Source: an uncultured Candidatus Binatia bacterium
Lineage (GTDB): Bacteria > Desulfobacterota > Binatia > UBA9968 > JAJDTQ01
Assembly (NCBI GenBank): GCA_964291295.2
Contig: OZ219754.1
Location: forward strand, 1,280,001-1,344,000
DNA: 64,000 bases
Direction of reading: 5' to 3'
Of this stretch, positions 1 through 9,682 are shown one piece after another; positions within the stretch are counted from its first letter, which is position 1, and the number at the start of each line of letters is the position of its first letter. The notes beneath the pieces were generated by a model. That model was not told the DNA's origin. It was given only the letters and a program-made list of their open reading frames with translations, and did no database searches. Made by a program: the position numbers and the translations under genes.

Positions 1-555
1 CTCCCGCGGCACGCGCAGCAAGGCCAGTTCCAGCGCGATGCGGAGCCGGGTGTGCCGATCTTCCGGCGGGAGCGCCTCCACTTCCAATCCGGCGGCGTTC
101 AGCCCACCGCCGGACTCCTCCGACAGCGCCAGGAACCGCAGCAGGTTGCGGAACGTTCCCTTGAGTTCCACGTTGATGGGGGTCTCGACATAGTGCTCTT
201 CCCGGCGGGCGGCGCCGGGTTTGAAACGGGTCACGTCGAGCCCGACCGCGGCGGCTCGGGCGGAAACACTTTTCAGCGTCGACGGACCGGCCCGGCGGGG
301 AAGCCGCGCATGCAGTTCGCGCCGCAGCGCCGCCGCCTGGTCGCGGAGTTGCGGTATCCGGCTCAACTGCGACCGCAGTCGAGCCTCCTGGAGGCGGACG
401 AGTTCGAGGTCGGCGGCGGCGCGGGCGATGGCCCCGGCCTGGTGGCGGTACACCGTGGCATAGTCGAGCGCCGCCAGCATCAGCACGAGCGCGGCCACCA
501 GCAGGGCGCGTTGGGCGAACGGGCGTTCCAGGAGGATGTCCAGATGGTAGGGCAT
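1..555 (-). CDS. pilO: Type IV pilus inner-membrane protein PilO-like (runs off the window edge)
   Basis: ATG at 555 just after the pilN stop. Manual translation MPYHLDILLERPFAQRALLVAALVLMLAALDY...EEHYVETPINVELKGTFRNLLRFL shows a TM helix, a coiled coil and a PilO-like core. Gene order is pilMNO. Confidence 0.75.
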   Translation of the reverse strand, partial: MPYHLDILLERPFAQRALLVAALVLMLAALDYATVYRHQAGAIARAAADLELVRLQEARLRSQLSRIPQLRDQAAALRRELHARLPRRAGPSTLKSVSARAAAVGLDVTRFKPGAARREEHYVETPINVELKGTFRNLLRFLALSEESGGGLNAAGLEVEALPPEDRHTRLRIALELALLRVPRE

Positions 556-557
556 GA

Positions 558-1127
558 TCAGCCTTGCGGTTCGGCGCTTCGGTCATCGGTTCCCGCGCGG
601 GCCGGGGGGCCGCCTTCGCCCTGGATGACGAAGCGCCGGAAGCCGGGCTCCGTGCCGACTTCGACGAGGCGCGCGTTCTTCAGGACCCGGGAGACGCGGC
701 GCAGGAATTGCGCGATGGGCTCGTTGCCGGCGGCGCGGCCCTCCAGTGTCGTCGTGCCTCGGGACTCGACGTAACGCGTCAGCCACAGCCGGTCCGGCGC
801 CGTTTCCGAGAGGCCGCGCAGGGTCCGTGCGTGCCGGCCCCGGCGCCGGAGCCAGGCATCGACAGCCTGGTTCCGTTCGCGTTGCCGCCGGATCCTTTCT
901 TTCAGTTCCCCGACGGCCTCGGTCTCGGCCCGGAGTCCGTCGACGGTGCGCTGCCGCTCCGTCAGGTGGGACTCCAGCGCGGCCCGGCGGCGTACCTGCG
1001 AGATGTTGACCGCGGCCAGCGCGCCGGCGGCGAGGAGGAGCGTGGCGACGCCGGCGGCGAGGGCGCGGCGCCTGCGCTGGAGTCCCCGCGTTTCGGTGCT
1101 GTCAAGAAGGTTGACACGAATCATCAC
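558..1127 (-). CDS. pilN: Type IV pilus assembly protein PilN
   Basis: N-terminal IRVNLL (INLL-type motif), TM helix, coiled coil, PDRLWLT motif. Confidence 0.85.
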   Translation of the reverse strand: MMIRVNLLDSTETRGLQRRRRALAAGVATLLLAAGALAAVNISQVRRRAALESHLTERQRTVDGLRAETEAVGELKERIRRQRERNQAVDAWLRRRGRHARTLRGLSETAPDRLWLTRYVESRGTTTLEGRAAGNEPIAQFLRRVSRVLKNARLVEVGTEPGFRRFVIQGEGGPPARAGTDDRSAEPQG

Positions 1128-1208
1128 CGGAACAATCTCCTGGCCTCCTGTGAAGAGCCCTCCTGCGACGAGGCGCGCCTTGCGAGGTGCCCCCCGGCGG
1201 GGGCTCCC

Positions 1209-2282
1209 TCAACGCCGCTGCCCGGATGGGCTCCTCGCCACCAGACCGGCCACCACGGCGAAGGCCGGTCCCGCACGGGTGTCCGCCGCGGCGGAAGAGC
1301 CCTCGAAAAAAGGTCCGGCAATGCGCACCTCGGCGTCGAGGGCGCGGCCGAGGCTCGGACCGAGACCGGGCAACGGGGCGCTGCCGCCGCTCAAGGAAAC
1401 CCGGCGCGGCCCGGACTGCCCGCTCAGCGCTCCGAACAGATTGAGGCTGCCCGCGACCTGGGCGGCGAATTCATCGCACAGCCCCTCGGGCAGGCGGCCC
1501 GCGGCCGGAGGCCGGGCGCCGCGCTTGATGGCCTCGGCCTCGTCCCGGGGAACGCCCAGCTCTCCCGCCAGGCGTTCGGTGAAGTGCTCCCCGCCCAGAG
1601 TCAGATCGGTGGTGTGGCCGAGGGCGTCGCCTGTGGGGACGTGGACCGTCGTGGAGTACGCCCCCACATGGACCAGCACATCCGCGGTCTGGTGGCAACC
1701 GGACCGGAGGGCGAAATGGTCCACTTCCACGATGGCCGGAACCAGGCCCGCCGCCTCCACGAGTTCGACATGGTTCTCGACCAGAGTTTTCCTGGCCGCC
1801 ACCAGCAGTACCTCCGATCCTTCGCCGCCGTCCGGAGCTTCGAGAACATGGTAGTCGATGTTGACCTTGTCCAGATCCCCGGGAAGGGCCTCCATGGCCT
1901 CGAACTCGATGATCTCGTCCATCTTCCGGTGGTCCCGGCCAGGAATCCGCAACCGTTTGGTGAGGACTCCTCTGCCCGGAATCGACACGACGGCCCGGGG
2001 CGGTCTGCCGCGCGTCACCCCGGCAAAGTCGCGAATGGCCCCGCTGAGGGTGTCGGTCCCGCGCACCAGGCCGTTCTCCACCGCTCCCTCCGGCACCGGC
2101 AGCACTCCGGTGCGCAGGACCCGGGGGCCGCCGCGGGTGTCCATGACCTCGGCGATCTTGATGGCGCTGGAGCCGGTGTCGATGGCGAACCAGCTGCGCG
2201 CACGCCGGAAAGGGAAGGGGGCGGTCAGGAAGAGGCTGTTCATGTACGGGCAGGAACGCAAATCAGGGGCCAACACCGTCAT
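1209..2282 (-). CDS. pilM: Type IV pilus assembly protein PilM (actin-like)
   Basis: AIDTGSSAIK, LGGEHFT, LSGGSA and FAVVAGL motifs; lies upstream of pilN. Confidence 0.85.
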   Translation of the reverse strand: MTVLAPDLRSCPYMNSLFLTAPFPFRRARSWFAIDTGSSAIKIAEVMDTRGGPRVLRTGVLPVPEGAVENGLVRGTDTLSGAIRDFAGVTRGRPPRAVVSIPGRGVLTKRLRIPGRDHRKMDEIIEFEAMEALPGDLDKVNIDYHVLEAPDGGEGSEVLLVAARKTLVENHVELVEAAGLVPAIVEVDHFALRSGCHQTADVLVHVGAYSTTVHVPTGDALGHTTDLTLGGEHFTERLAGELGVPRDEAEAIKRGARPPAAGRLPEGLCDEFAAQVAGSLNLFGALSGQSGPRRVSLSGGSAPLPGLGPSLGRALDAEVRIAGPFFEGSSAAADTRAGPAFAVVAGLVARSPSGQRR

Positions 2283-2483
2283 CGCCGCGTTCCGGCCGTC
2301 ATCCGCGCGCCTCCTCCGGCATCCGCACGAAAGCGGCCATCCACGGGGTCCGACGTGCGTCTGACGACGACCTTTTGCCCCCGCCCGCCCGGGCTTCGCA
2401 ATGGCGGACCGGGCGGAGACTTGATCTCCCGGTTACGTCAAAAGCGTGGCATTCCGACGGCGTGTCATCAATAATCCGGTGAG

Positions 2484-4709
2484 ATGAAGCGAACGGACCC
2501 CTTTGCCCTGGTGGCGGTGCCGGCACCGCTCGACGAGCCGTTGACCTACGCCGTGCCCGAGGCGCTCGCCGGGCGTCTTGATGTGGGCATGCGCGTCCTG
2601 GTGCCCCTGGGGCGGCGTCGGGTGACCGGTGTGGTGGTGGGGTTCCAGCGGGAATCGCCCGTGACCTCGGTGAAGCCGGTGGCCGAGGCGTTGGACGACG
2701 AGGCGCTCCTGGACCCGGCCTTCCTGACCATGTGCCGCTGGGCGGCGGACTATTACGTCGCTTCCCTGGGTGAGGTGCTGGCGGCGGCGTTGCCGCCGCT
2801 GTTGCGCGCCGAGAGCCGGCTGGTGGTGGCATTCGCCCGGGAACCGGAAAGTCTGGACGGGGTGCTGGACCGGGAGGTGCTGGCGGCGGTCAGGCGGCGC
2901 GGCCGCATGACTCCGGCGGCGCTGAGCCGTCTGTTCCCGCGCCGGGGTGTCAAGGCGGCGCTGGATCGGCTGGCCGCGGCCGGCGCCGTGGTACTGGAGG
3001 ACCGCCTCCGGGGCCACGTGCGCGAAGCCCGGCGCAGGCGGCAACCCCGGCCGGAAGCGGCCGCCGCGGCGGTCGCGGCCAGCCGTGCTCCGGTGCTCAC
3101 GGGGGAACAGCGGGCGGTGCTCCGGGCCATGGAGCCGCGTCTTGCCCAAGGCGGCTTCGAGACCATGCTGCTGCACGGCGTCACCGGCAGCGGCAAGACC
3201 GAGGTCTACCTCCAGGCCGTGGACCGGGTGCGCCGGCAGGGCCGGCAGAGCCTGATCCTCGTGCCGGAGATCGCGCTGACCCCGCAGTTGCTGGACCGGC
3301 TCGAAGGGCGTTTTCCGGGCGACGTGGCCGTGCTTCACAGCGGACTCACCGCGGCGGAGCGGTGGCGTCACTGGTGGCGCATCGCCCACGGCGCGGTGAA
3401 GGTGGTGGCGGGAGCCCGCTCCGCGGTCTTCGCCCCCGCCCGGGAGCTGGGGCTCATCGTGGTGGATGAGGAGCACGACAACAGCTACAAGCAGGAGGAG
3501 GGCGTCCGCTACCACGGGCGCGACTTGGCGGTGGTGCGCGCCCGCATCGTCGGGTGCCCGGTGATCCTGGGCTCGGCCACGCCCTCGGTGGAGAGCTACC
3601 ACAACGCCCGCAGCGGCCGTTACCGCATGCTGGAGCTCACCGAGCGCGTGGAGGCGCGGCCCATGCCCGGCGTGGAGGTCGTCGACCTGAAGACCCGGCC
3701 GGGGCAGACCACCGCGGACGGGCTTTTCTCCGACCCGCTGCTGCGCGCGTTGCGGGAGAATCACGAACGCGGCCGGCAAAGCCTGATCTTCCTCAACCGG
3801 CGCGGGTTCGCCTCGTTCCTGCAGTGCTGGTCCTGCGGCTTCGTGTTCCGCTGTCCGCGCTGCAGCATCAGCCTCACCTATCATCTCGCGCGCGACCGTA
3901 CCTTCTGCCATCACTGCGGCTTTCATCAGCGCAAGGCGGAAGCCTGTCCCGAGTGCGGCAATCTGTCGCTGAGCGAGGTGGGTTTCGGCACCGAGAGGGT
4001 CGAACAGGAGTTGCGGCGGCTGTTCCCCAAGGCCCGGATCGGACGCATGGATCGGGACACCACCAGCGCCCGGGGCGCCCAGGAACGGATATTCCGGTCC
4101 TGGGAGAAGGGAGAGCTCGACGTGCTGGTGGGCACCCAGATGGTCGCCAAGGGACACGATGTGGGCGGGGTCACTCTGGTGGGGGTGGTGCTGGCGGACT
4201 CGTCGCTGAATCTCCCGGACTTCCGGGCGGCGGAAAGAACCTTTCAGATCATCAGCCAGGTGGCCGGCCGTGCCGGGCGCGCGCGGCAGCCGGGCCGCGT
4301 CATCGTGCAGACGCTGGTGCCGGGGCACTACTGTTTCGGCCATGCCAAGGTCCATGACTACCCGGCGTTCTTCGCCACCGAGACCGGGTTCCGCCGGGAG
4401 CTCGGCTACCCTCCGTTCCAGCACCTGGTGCATCTGCGTCTCGACGGCGCCGACGAGGACAAGGTGGCGCGCGGCGCCCGGGAACTGGCGCGGGCGTTGC
4501 GGCGCGAGGAGCCCCTGGCGCCGCTGGACATCCTCGGCCCGGCGCCGGCGCCCATCGCCAGGCTGCGCGGCCGCTACCGCTGGCAGATCCTGCTCAAGGG
4601 GCGCAGCCGCCGGGCGCTGCTGGCCATGGCCCGGCGGGCGGTGGCGCTGGTACCCAGGGGCAGGGCCGCCAGGATCCACGTTGATGTGGATCCGTACAAC
4701 ATGCTATGA
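2484..4709 (+). CDS. priA: Primosomal protein N' (replication restart helicase)
   Basis: GVTGSGKT, DEEH, zinc-binding CxxC cluster, GTQMVAKG, C-terminal DVDP. Confidence 0.97.
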   Translation: MKRTDPFALVAVPAPLDEPLTYAVPEALAGRLDVGMRVLVPLGRRRVTGVVVGFQRESPVTSVKPVAEALDDEALLDPAFLTMCRWAADYYVASLGEVLAAALPPLLRAESRLVVAFAREPESLDGVLDREVLAAVRRRGRMTPAALSRLFPRRGVKAALDRLAAAGAVVLEDRLRGHVREARRRRQPRPEAAAAAVAASRAPVLTGEQRAVLRAMEPRLAQGGFETMLLHGVTGSGKTEVYLQAVDRVRRQGRQSLILVPEIALTPQLLDRLEGRFPGDVAVLHSGLTAAERWRHWWRIAHGAVKVVAGARSAVFAPARELGLIVVDEEHDNSYKQEEGVRYHGRDLAVVRARIVGCPVILGSATPSVESYHNARSGRYRMLELTERVEARPMPGVEVVDLKTRPGQTTADGLFSDPLLRALRENHERGRQSLIFLNRRGFASFLQCWSCGFVFRCPRCSISLTYHLARDRTFCHHCGFHQRKAEACPECGNLSLSEVGFGTERVEQELRRLFPKARIGRMDRDTTSARGAQERIFRSWEKGELDVLVGTQMVAKGHDVGGVTLVGVVLADSSLNLPDFRAAERTFQIISQVAGRAGRARQPGRVIVQTLVPGHYCFGHAKVHDYPAFFATETGFRRELGYPPFQHLVHLRLDGADEDKVARGARELARALRREEPLAPLDILGPAPAPIARLRGRYRWQILLKGRSRRALLAMARRAVALVPRGRAARIHVDVDPYNML

Positions 4710-4800
4710 AATATCATGGATGTGTCACCGGACCGACCACCGGACCAGCCTCCGGACCAGCCTTGACGGCCCGCGGCGAATGGCCTGCGCGAGTTCCCGC

Positions 4801-4924
4801 ATGACCCCGGACATTCACCAACAAGTGATCCCCGATATTTTCGGCTGACTCCGGATATTCTCGAATGACCGTCGATACTCTCAGATGACCGCCGATATGC
4901 TCAGATGATTCTCGATATTCTCAA
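4801..4924 (+). repeat. Degenerate 20-bp tandem array whose last unit is the start of def
   Basis: Units at 4825, 4845, 4865, 4885 and 4905 (exact 20-bp period), consensus ~ATGACCNNCGATATTCTCAG, plus a weaker copy at 4801. Confidence 0.8.
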
Positions 4925-5441
4925 ATTTCCCGATCCGGTTCTGCGCGAACCGGCCCGGCCGGTGGAAGCCGTCACCGGCGAGACCGTCGGGTTCATCGAA
5001 AACATGCTGGAGACGATGTATGCGGCGCCGGGCATCGGACTGGCCGCGCCCCAGGTGGGCGTTTCCATGCGCATCATCGTGCTGGACCTGGACCACGAGC
5101 ATCCCGGCGCCAACGCCATCAGGCTGGTCAATCCGGTGATCCGCGAGGCCGAGGGCGAGGTGGTGTTCGAGGAAGGCTGCCTGAGCGTCACGGACTTCAC
5201 CGCCGAGGTGAGGCGCGCCGAGCGGGTGGCGGTGTCCGGGTACGACCAGGACGGCGAAGAGGTGGAGATCGAGGCGGACGGGCTTCTGGCCGTGGCGTTG
5301 CAGCACGAGATCGACCATCTCGACGGCAAGCTTTTCATCGACCGCATCAGCCGGCTCAAGCGCGAGATCTACGTGCGCAAGCTCAGGAAAATCCTACGCA
5401 CGGGCAAGGAGCCGCAGGAAAGCCGCGGCGTCGTCATCTGA
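4905..5441 (+). CDS. def: Peptide deformylase
   Basis: GIGLAAPQ, EGCLS and QHEIDHLDG motifs. Confidence 0.98.
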   Translation: MILDILKFPDPVLREPARPVEAVTGETVGFIENMLETMYAAPGIGLAAPQVGVSMRIIVLDLDHEHPGANAIRLVNPVIREAEGEVVFEEGCLSVTDFTAEVRRAERVAVSGYDQDGEEVEIEADGLLAVALQHEIDHLDGKLFIDRISRLKREIYVRKLRKILRTGKEPQESRGVVI

Positions 5442-5542
5442 CTCCCGCCGCCAGTTTCGCAAGACCCGGGCGCGGCCTCCGGCATCCTCTCCTTCGGCAT
5501 CGTTCTCCGGAACGAGCGGGGCACCCGCAAGCGGATACACAC

Positions 5543-6538
5543 ATGCGCATTGTCTTCATGGGGACGCCGGCTTCGGCCGCGGCCTCCCTGGAAACCCTGC
5601 TGGGCGGCCCCGACGAGGTGGTGGGGGTGGTGACACAGCCCGATCGCCCGGTCGGGCGAGGGCGGGTCAGCATGCCGTCGCCGGTGCGGCGAAGGGCCGA
5701 GGAGGCCGGCATTCCGGTGCGGACGCCCCGGAAGATGAAGGATCCCGGCCTGTTGGAACAGCTTGCCGGCTGGCGGCCCGACCTCATGGCGGTGGTGGCC
5801 TACGGGCGCATCCTGCCGCAGGCGATCCTGGACTTGCCGCCCCTGGGCTGCGTCAACGTTCACTATTCGCTGCTGCCCCGGTATCGTGGCGCGGCCCCCA
5901 TGCAGTGGGCCATCCTCAAGGGCGAAGCGGTCACCGGGGTCACCACCATGCAACTCGTGGCGGAGATGGACGCGGGCCCGATCCTGCTGGCGGAAAAAAT
6001 GCTGATGAGACCGGACGAGACCGCGGCCTCGCTGGAGGCGCGGCTCGTTCCCGTCGGCGCGCGCCTGCTGGCGGCCACCGTGCGCGGAGTCGAGCGAGGC
6101 TCCCTGACACCGCGCTCGCAGGATCCCGCCAGCGTCACCTTTGCGCCCATGCTCCGCAAGGAGGACGGAGTGATCGACTGGACGCGCCCGGCGCGAGAGA
6201 TCGAGCGCCGGACAAGGGCATTCACTCCCTGGCCCTCGGCCTTCACATGCTGGCGCGGCAAGCGCGTCAAGGTGCACGGTGCCCGGCCGTTGCCGCCGGT
6301 CGCCGCACCGGGGACGGCACCGCCGGGAACGGTGGTGGGCGTGGGCGCGGAGGGCATCTCGGTGGCCACCGGCGCGGACGTGTTGCTCCTCACCGAGTTG
6401 CAGCTGGAGGGGCGCAAGCGCATGGCCGCGGACGCCTTTCTTCGGGGCGCCGGGGTCCGGACGGGAATGCGGTTCGGAAACCCTCCCGCCGAGGGGCCTG
6501 GTGGAACGCCGCGCGCCATTGCTCCCGCCCGTCCGTGA
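5543..6538 (+). CDS. fmt: Methionyl-tRNA formyltransferase
   Basis: MRIVFMGTP, NVHYSLLPRYRGAAP; follows def. Confidence 0.97.
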   Translation: MRIVFMGTPASAAASLETLLGGPDEVVGVVTQPDRPVGRGRVSMPSPVRRRAEEAGIPVRTPRKMKDPGLLEQLAGWRPDLMAVVAYGRILPQAILDLPPLGCVNVHYSLLPRYRGAAPMQWAILKGEAVTGVTTMQLVAEMDAGPILLAEKMLMRPDETAASLEARLVPVGARLLAATVRGVERGSLTPRSQDPASVTFAPMLRKEDGVIDWTRPAREIERRTRAFTPWPSAFTCWRGKRVKVHGARPLPPVAAPGTAPPGTVVGVGAEGISVATGADVLLLTELQLEGRKRMAADAFLRGAGVRTGMRFGNPPAEGPGGTPRAIAPARP

Positions 6539-7887
6539 CTCGCCGCACCGCAAATCCCCGCGAACTCGCCCTCGACATCCTCGACCGGGTGGATCGGCGA
6601 AAGGCCTATGCCGGTGTGCTGCTGAACGCGCGCCTGCGGGAAGCGGCCCTGTCCCGGGCCGACGGTGCGTTGTTGACCCGGGCGGTCTACGGCGTCCTGC
6701 GCTGGCGCGGGCGCATTGACTGGGTGCTTGGCGGCCTGTTGCGGGACCCCCTCGACGACCTGGATCCAACGGTCCGAAACCTGCTCCGGCTGGGCACTTA
6801 CGAGCTGCTCTTCCTGGATCGGGTGCCTTCCTATGCCACGGTCCATGAACTGGTGGAACTGGCCAGGAGACGCACCGGCCCGGGAAGGACGCGGCTGGCC
6901 AACGCCGTTCTGCGGCGTGTCGCGCGGCTGGACCGCGACGCCGGGTCGCCGCCCGCGCACACCGGGGACCTGGCGGCGCTGGTTTCCCACCCGCCCTGGC
7001 TCATCAGACTGTGGCGGGAGCAGTTCGGCGCCAAGGAAAGCCGTCGGCTCATGGAAGCCAACAACCAGGAGGCGCCGCTGGTGCTGCGCGCCAACCGCCT
7101 GCGGATATCACGGGACGCGCTGGTGGCGCGCCTGCGCGCCCGGGGCGTCGACGCCCGGCCCGGGCGGTGGTCGCCGCTGGCGGTTCGCCTGTCCGGGTCG
7201 GCGTCACCGAGCCGCCTGGCGGAGTTTCGCGAGGGGCTGTGTCAGGTTCAGGGAGAAGCGTCCCAGGCGGTGGGTCTGCTTGCCGGCCCCGCGCCGGGAA
7301 TGCGGATCCTCGACGTCTGTGCCGCTCCCGGCGGCAAGACGACGCATTTGGCGGAACTCATGGATGGCCGGGGCGAGGTCGTGGCCTGGGACATCTCGAA
7401 GCGCGGTCTCGCGAGGCTGGCCGACAATGCCGACCGCCTGGGGCTCGACTGCATCCGGGCCGAGGCCCGTGACGCCACCCGGGCTCTGCCGGGCATGGTG
7501 GACAGGTTCGACCGGGTGCTGGTGGATGCGCCGTGCTCGGGCTTGGGCACCCTGCGCGCGCATCCGGAGATCCGCTGGCGGCGGACCGCCCGGGACCTTT
7601 CCCGCCTCGCCGCCCTGCAGGCCCGGATACTCCACCAGGCCGCCCTCGGGGTTCTCCCTGGCGGGGTGCTGGTTTACGCCACCTGCACGCTGTCCCGCGT
7701 CGAGAACGAACAGGTGGTGGAGGCCTTCGTGGCCGGCCACGCCGACTTCGAGGTCGAGGACGCCGCCGCCCATCTCCCGCCCAGCGCCCGCGCCATGACC
7801 GCCGGGGCCTTTCTGCTGGCGCTGCCCCAACGCCACGACACCGACGGTTTCTTCGCCGCCCGCCTGCGCCGGCGGCCTCCGGAATAG
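6535..7887 (+). CDS. rsmB: 16S rRNA m5C967 methyltransferase RsmB/Sun
   Basis: GTG start overlapping the fmt stop; NusB-like N-terminus, CAAPGGKT, DAPCSG, YATCT. Confidence 0.93.
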   Translation: MTRRTANPRELALDILDRVDRRKAYAGVLLNARLREAALSRADGALLTRAVYGVLRWRGRIDWVLGGLLRDPLDDLDPTVRNLLRLGTYELLFLDRVPSYATVHELVELARRRTGPGRTRLANAVLRRVARLDRDAGSPPAHTGDLAALVSHPPWLIRLWREQFGAKESRRLMEANNQEAPLVLRANRLRISRDALVARLRARGVDARPGRWSPLAVRLSGSASPSRLAEFREGLCQVQGEASQAVGLLAGPAPGMRILDVCAAPGGKTTHLAELMDGRGEVVAWDISKRGLARLADNADRLGLDCIRAEARDATRALPGMVDRFDRVLVDAPCSGLGTLRAHPEIRWRRTARDLSRLAALQARILHQAALGVLPGGVLVYATCTLSRVENEQVVEAFVAGHADFEVEDAAAHLPPSARAMTAGAFLLALPQRHDTDGFFAARLRRRPPE

Positions 7888-7896
7888 CCTTGCTGA

Positions 7897-7925
7897 TTTA
7901 CCCCGCAGGGTTCATGTGCTAGATT
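7897..7925 (+). promoter_or_regulatory. Putative sigma70 promoter for tRNA-Pro
   Basis: TTTACC-17bp-TAGATT with TGn extended -10. Confidence 0.5.
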
Positions 7926-7961
7926 CTGACGGACAAGCCAAGATTCAACCGGACCGGGAGT

Positions 7962-8038
7962 CGGGGCGTGGCTCAGCCTGGTAGAGCGCACGGTTCGGGT
8001 CCGTGAAGTCGCTGGTTCAAATCCAGTCGCCCCGACCA
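7962..8038 (+). tRNA. tRNA-Pro (CGG)
   Basis: CGGGGCG/CGCCCCG acceptor stem, D arm, anticodon arm CACGG-TTCGGGT-CCGTG, T loop GGTTCAAATCC, encoded CCA. Confidence 0.97.
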
Positions 8039-8351
8039 CTCTCTCGCCACTCTCACACCAACGTTTCACCCACTTCTCACCAACTACACTATCACCAACT
8101 CCGTCCTCTCGTCGTAAGTCGTAATCCTGTCCGCTTGATGAGGATGTCGTGGTATCGCCGCGGCGATTCCCTGCGCATGAGGCACACGATCGAAACCTCT
8201 TCACAGGCTTGGGGATGAATCCGATGGTCAGGGAGGGCAGGGTGGGGATGGACCCGATACGCCAACGCGGCACGGAGCGAAAGTCGGGGCGGAGCGAAAG
8301 TCGGGGTTCCGACGCCGGCTCGCGGACGCCGGAACCCCTCCTGATGCAGTG

Positions 8352-9344
8352 CTACATGGCGGCCTTTACCTTCGCCGCCACGTCCGCGGGCATCCACTTC
8401 GTCCACACGTTGGCGTAGTTCTTCAGAAAGTGCTCGGCGGTCTCCCTGGCGGGCGCCTTCCTGTCTTCTTTCCACGCCAGCAGCGTGTTCACCAGCGAGT
8501 TGGGCCACGATACGCTCGACACGAACTTGAACGCCGCCGGTTCCCTCTTGGCGAAATCGGCCCCCACCACCGTCAGCACCACGGACTTCGGGTACATGTT
8601 GGGTTTCGGGTCGGCGCAATCCTTGTCGACGGTGCATTCCCAGGTCTCGGGGTCGTGGTTCATCCCGCCGAGCTTCACCATCGGGTATTTGCCCAGGACC
8701 GACGTTGGTGCCCAGTAGTAGGTGAAGATGGGCTCTTTCCGCTCGTAGGCCTTGGCGATGGCGCCGGCCAGACCCGTTCCGGATCCCGGATCGAACAGCG
8801 TGAAGTCGGCTTCCTTCAACCCGTACGCCTTGAACAGGTTGGTGTTGACGATCTGGCACGCCCAGCCCGCGGGGCAGCCGTAGAAACGGCCCTTCCCCGG
8901 CTCTTCCTTGTCCGGGAACAGTTCCGGACGCTTCATGACCGCCTGCAGCGTCGTGAGTTCCGGGTGCTTCGAGACGACATAATCGGGCACCCACCAGCCC
9001 TCCTCGCCGCCGTCGCTCAGGATCTCGCCGGCGATCTTCAGGCGTCCCTCCTTGACCGCCTTGTCCATCACCTCCCGGACGGAGTTGATCCAGATCTCCG
9101 GGGCGATGTCGGGTTCACCCTTCTCCGTCATCGACGTCACGGTCGGCACCGTGTCACCGGGCACCAGTTCCACGTCGCATCCGTATCCCTTGTCCAGGAT
9201 CATGGCCTCGATGTGTGCCGCCACCGCGGCCGAGTCCCAGTTCATCTCGGATATCGTCACCTTGCCGCACTGCGCCCAGGCCGACGCGCCCGCCGCAAGC
9301 ACCAGCAACACTCCCGTCAGCAAACCCGTTGGTCGCAACCTCAT
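8352..9344 (-). CDS. Glycine betaine/proline-type ABC transporter substrate-binding protein (ProX/OpuAC-like)
   Basis: Signal peptide MRLRPTGLL...ASAWA; MNWDSA, PEIW, GCPAGWAC and YYWAP motifs. Confidence 0.88.
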   Translation of the reverse strand: MRLRPTGLLTGVLLVLAAGASAWAQCGKVTISEMNWDSAAVAAHIEAMILDKGYGCDVELVPGDTVPTVTSMTEKGEPDIAPEIWINSVREVMDKAVKEGRLKIAGEILSDGGEEGWWVPDYVVSKHPELTTLQAVMKRPELFPDKEEPGKGRFYGCPAGWACQIVNTNLFKAYGLKEADFTLFDPGSGTGLAGAIAKAYERKEPIFTYYWAPTSVLGKYPMVKLGGMNHDPETWECTVDKDCADPKPNMYPKSVVLTVVGADFAKREPAAFKFVSSVSWPNSLVNTLLAWKEDRKAPARETAEHFLKNYANVWTKWMPADVAAKVKAAM

Positions 9345-9608
9345 GCAGGCCTCCCTTTCTTTCCCCTGTTCACGCGCCCCCGCCCGGTCTGTGCGTGCGC
9401 AGCCCAGAAGGCGACCCATGAAACCGTTTGAAATTCGCCAAGTATCGCACAATCTCGATCGTAAGATCTCGATCGCACGATCTCGCCCCATACGCCTTTC
9501 GGCTCCCATTCCGCGCGGTGTGACAGACCCGGCCGCGTGGTTCCGTGCACGCAACCCCGGACCCCGGTTCGGATCTTGACTGCCGCCGGTCTCATCGTAT
9601 CAGCGGGG

Positions 9609-9637
9609 ATTATCCCCCATGTGGGCGGGGGTGGCAA
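9609..9637 (-). promoter_or_regulatory. Putative sigma70 promoter for the substrate-binding protein gene
   Basis: Minus strand TTGCCA-17bp-GATAAT. Confidence 0.5.
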
Positions 9638-9682
9638 GCCCTGGGGGCGGCTCGCGGCATTTGCGGCAAGGGGCCGCAGTCT

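Noticed and set aside
4801-4924. The 20-bp array (and the 26.9 kb array) as CRISPR
   Set aside because: No unique spacers, units are degenerate and contiguous, and there are no cas genes.
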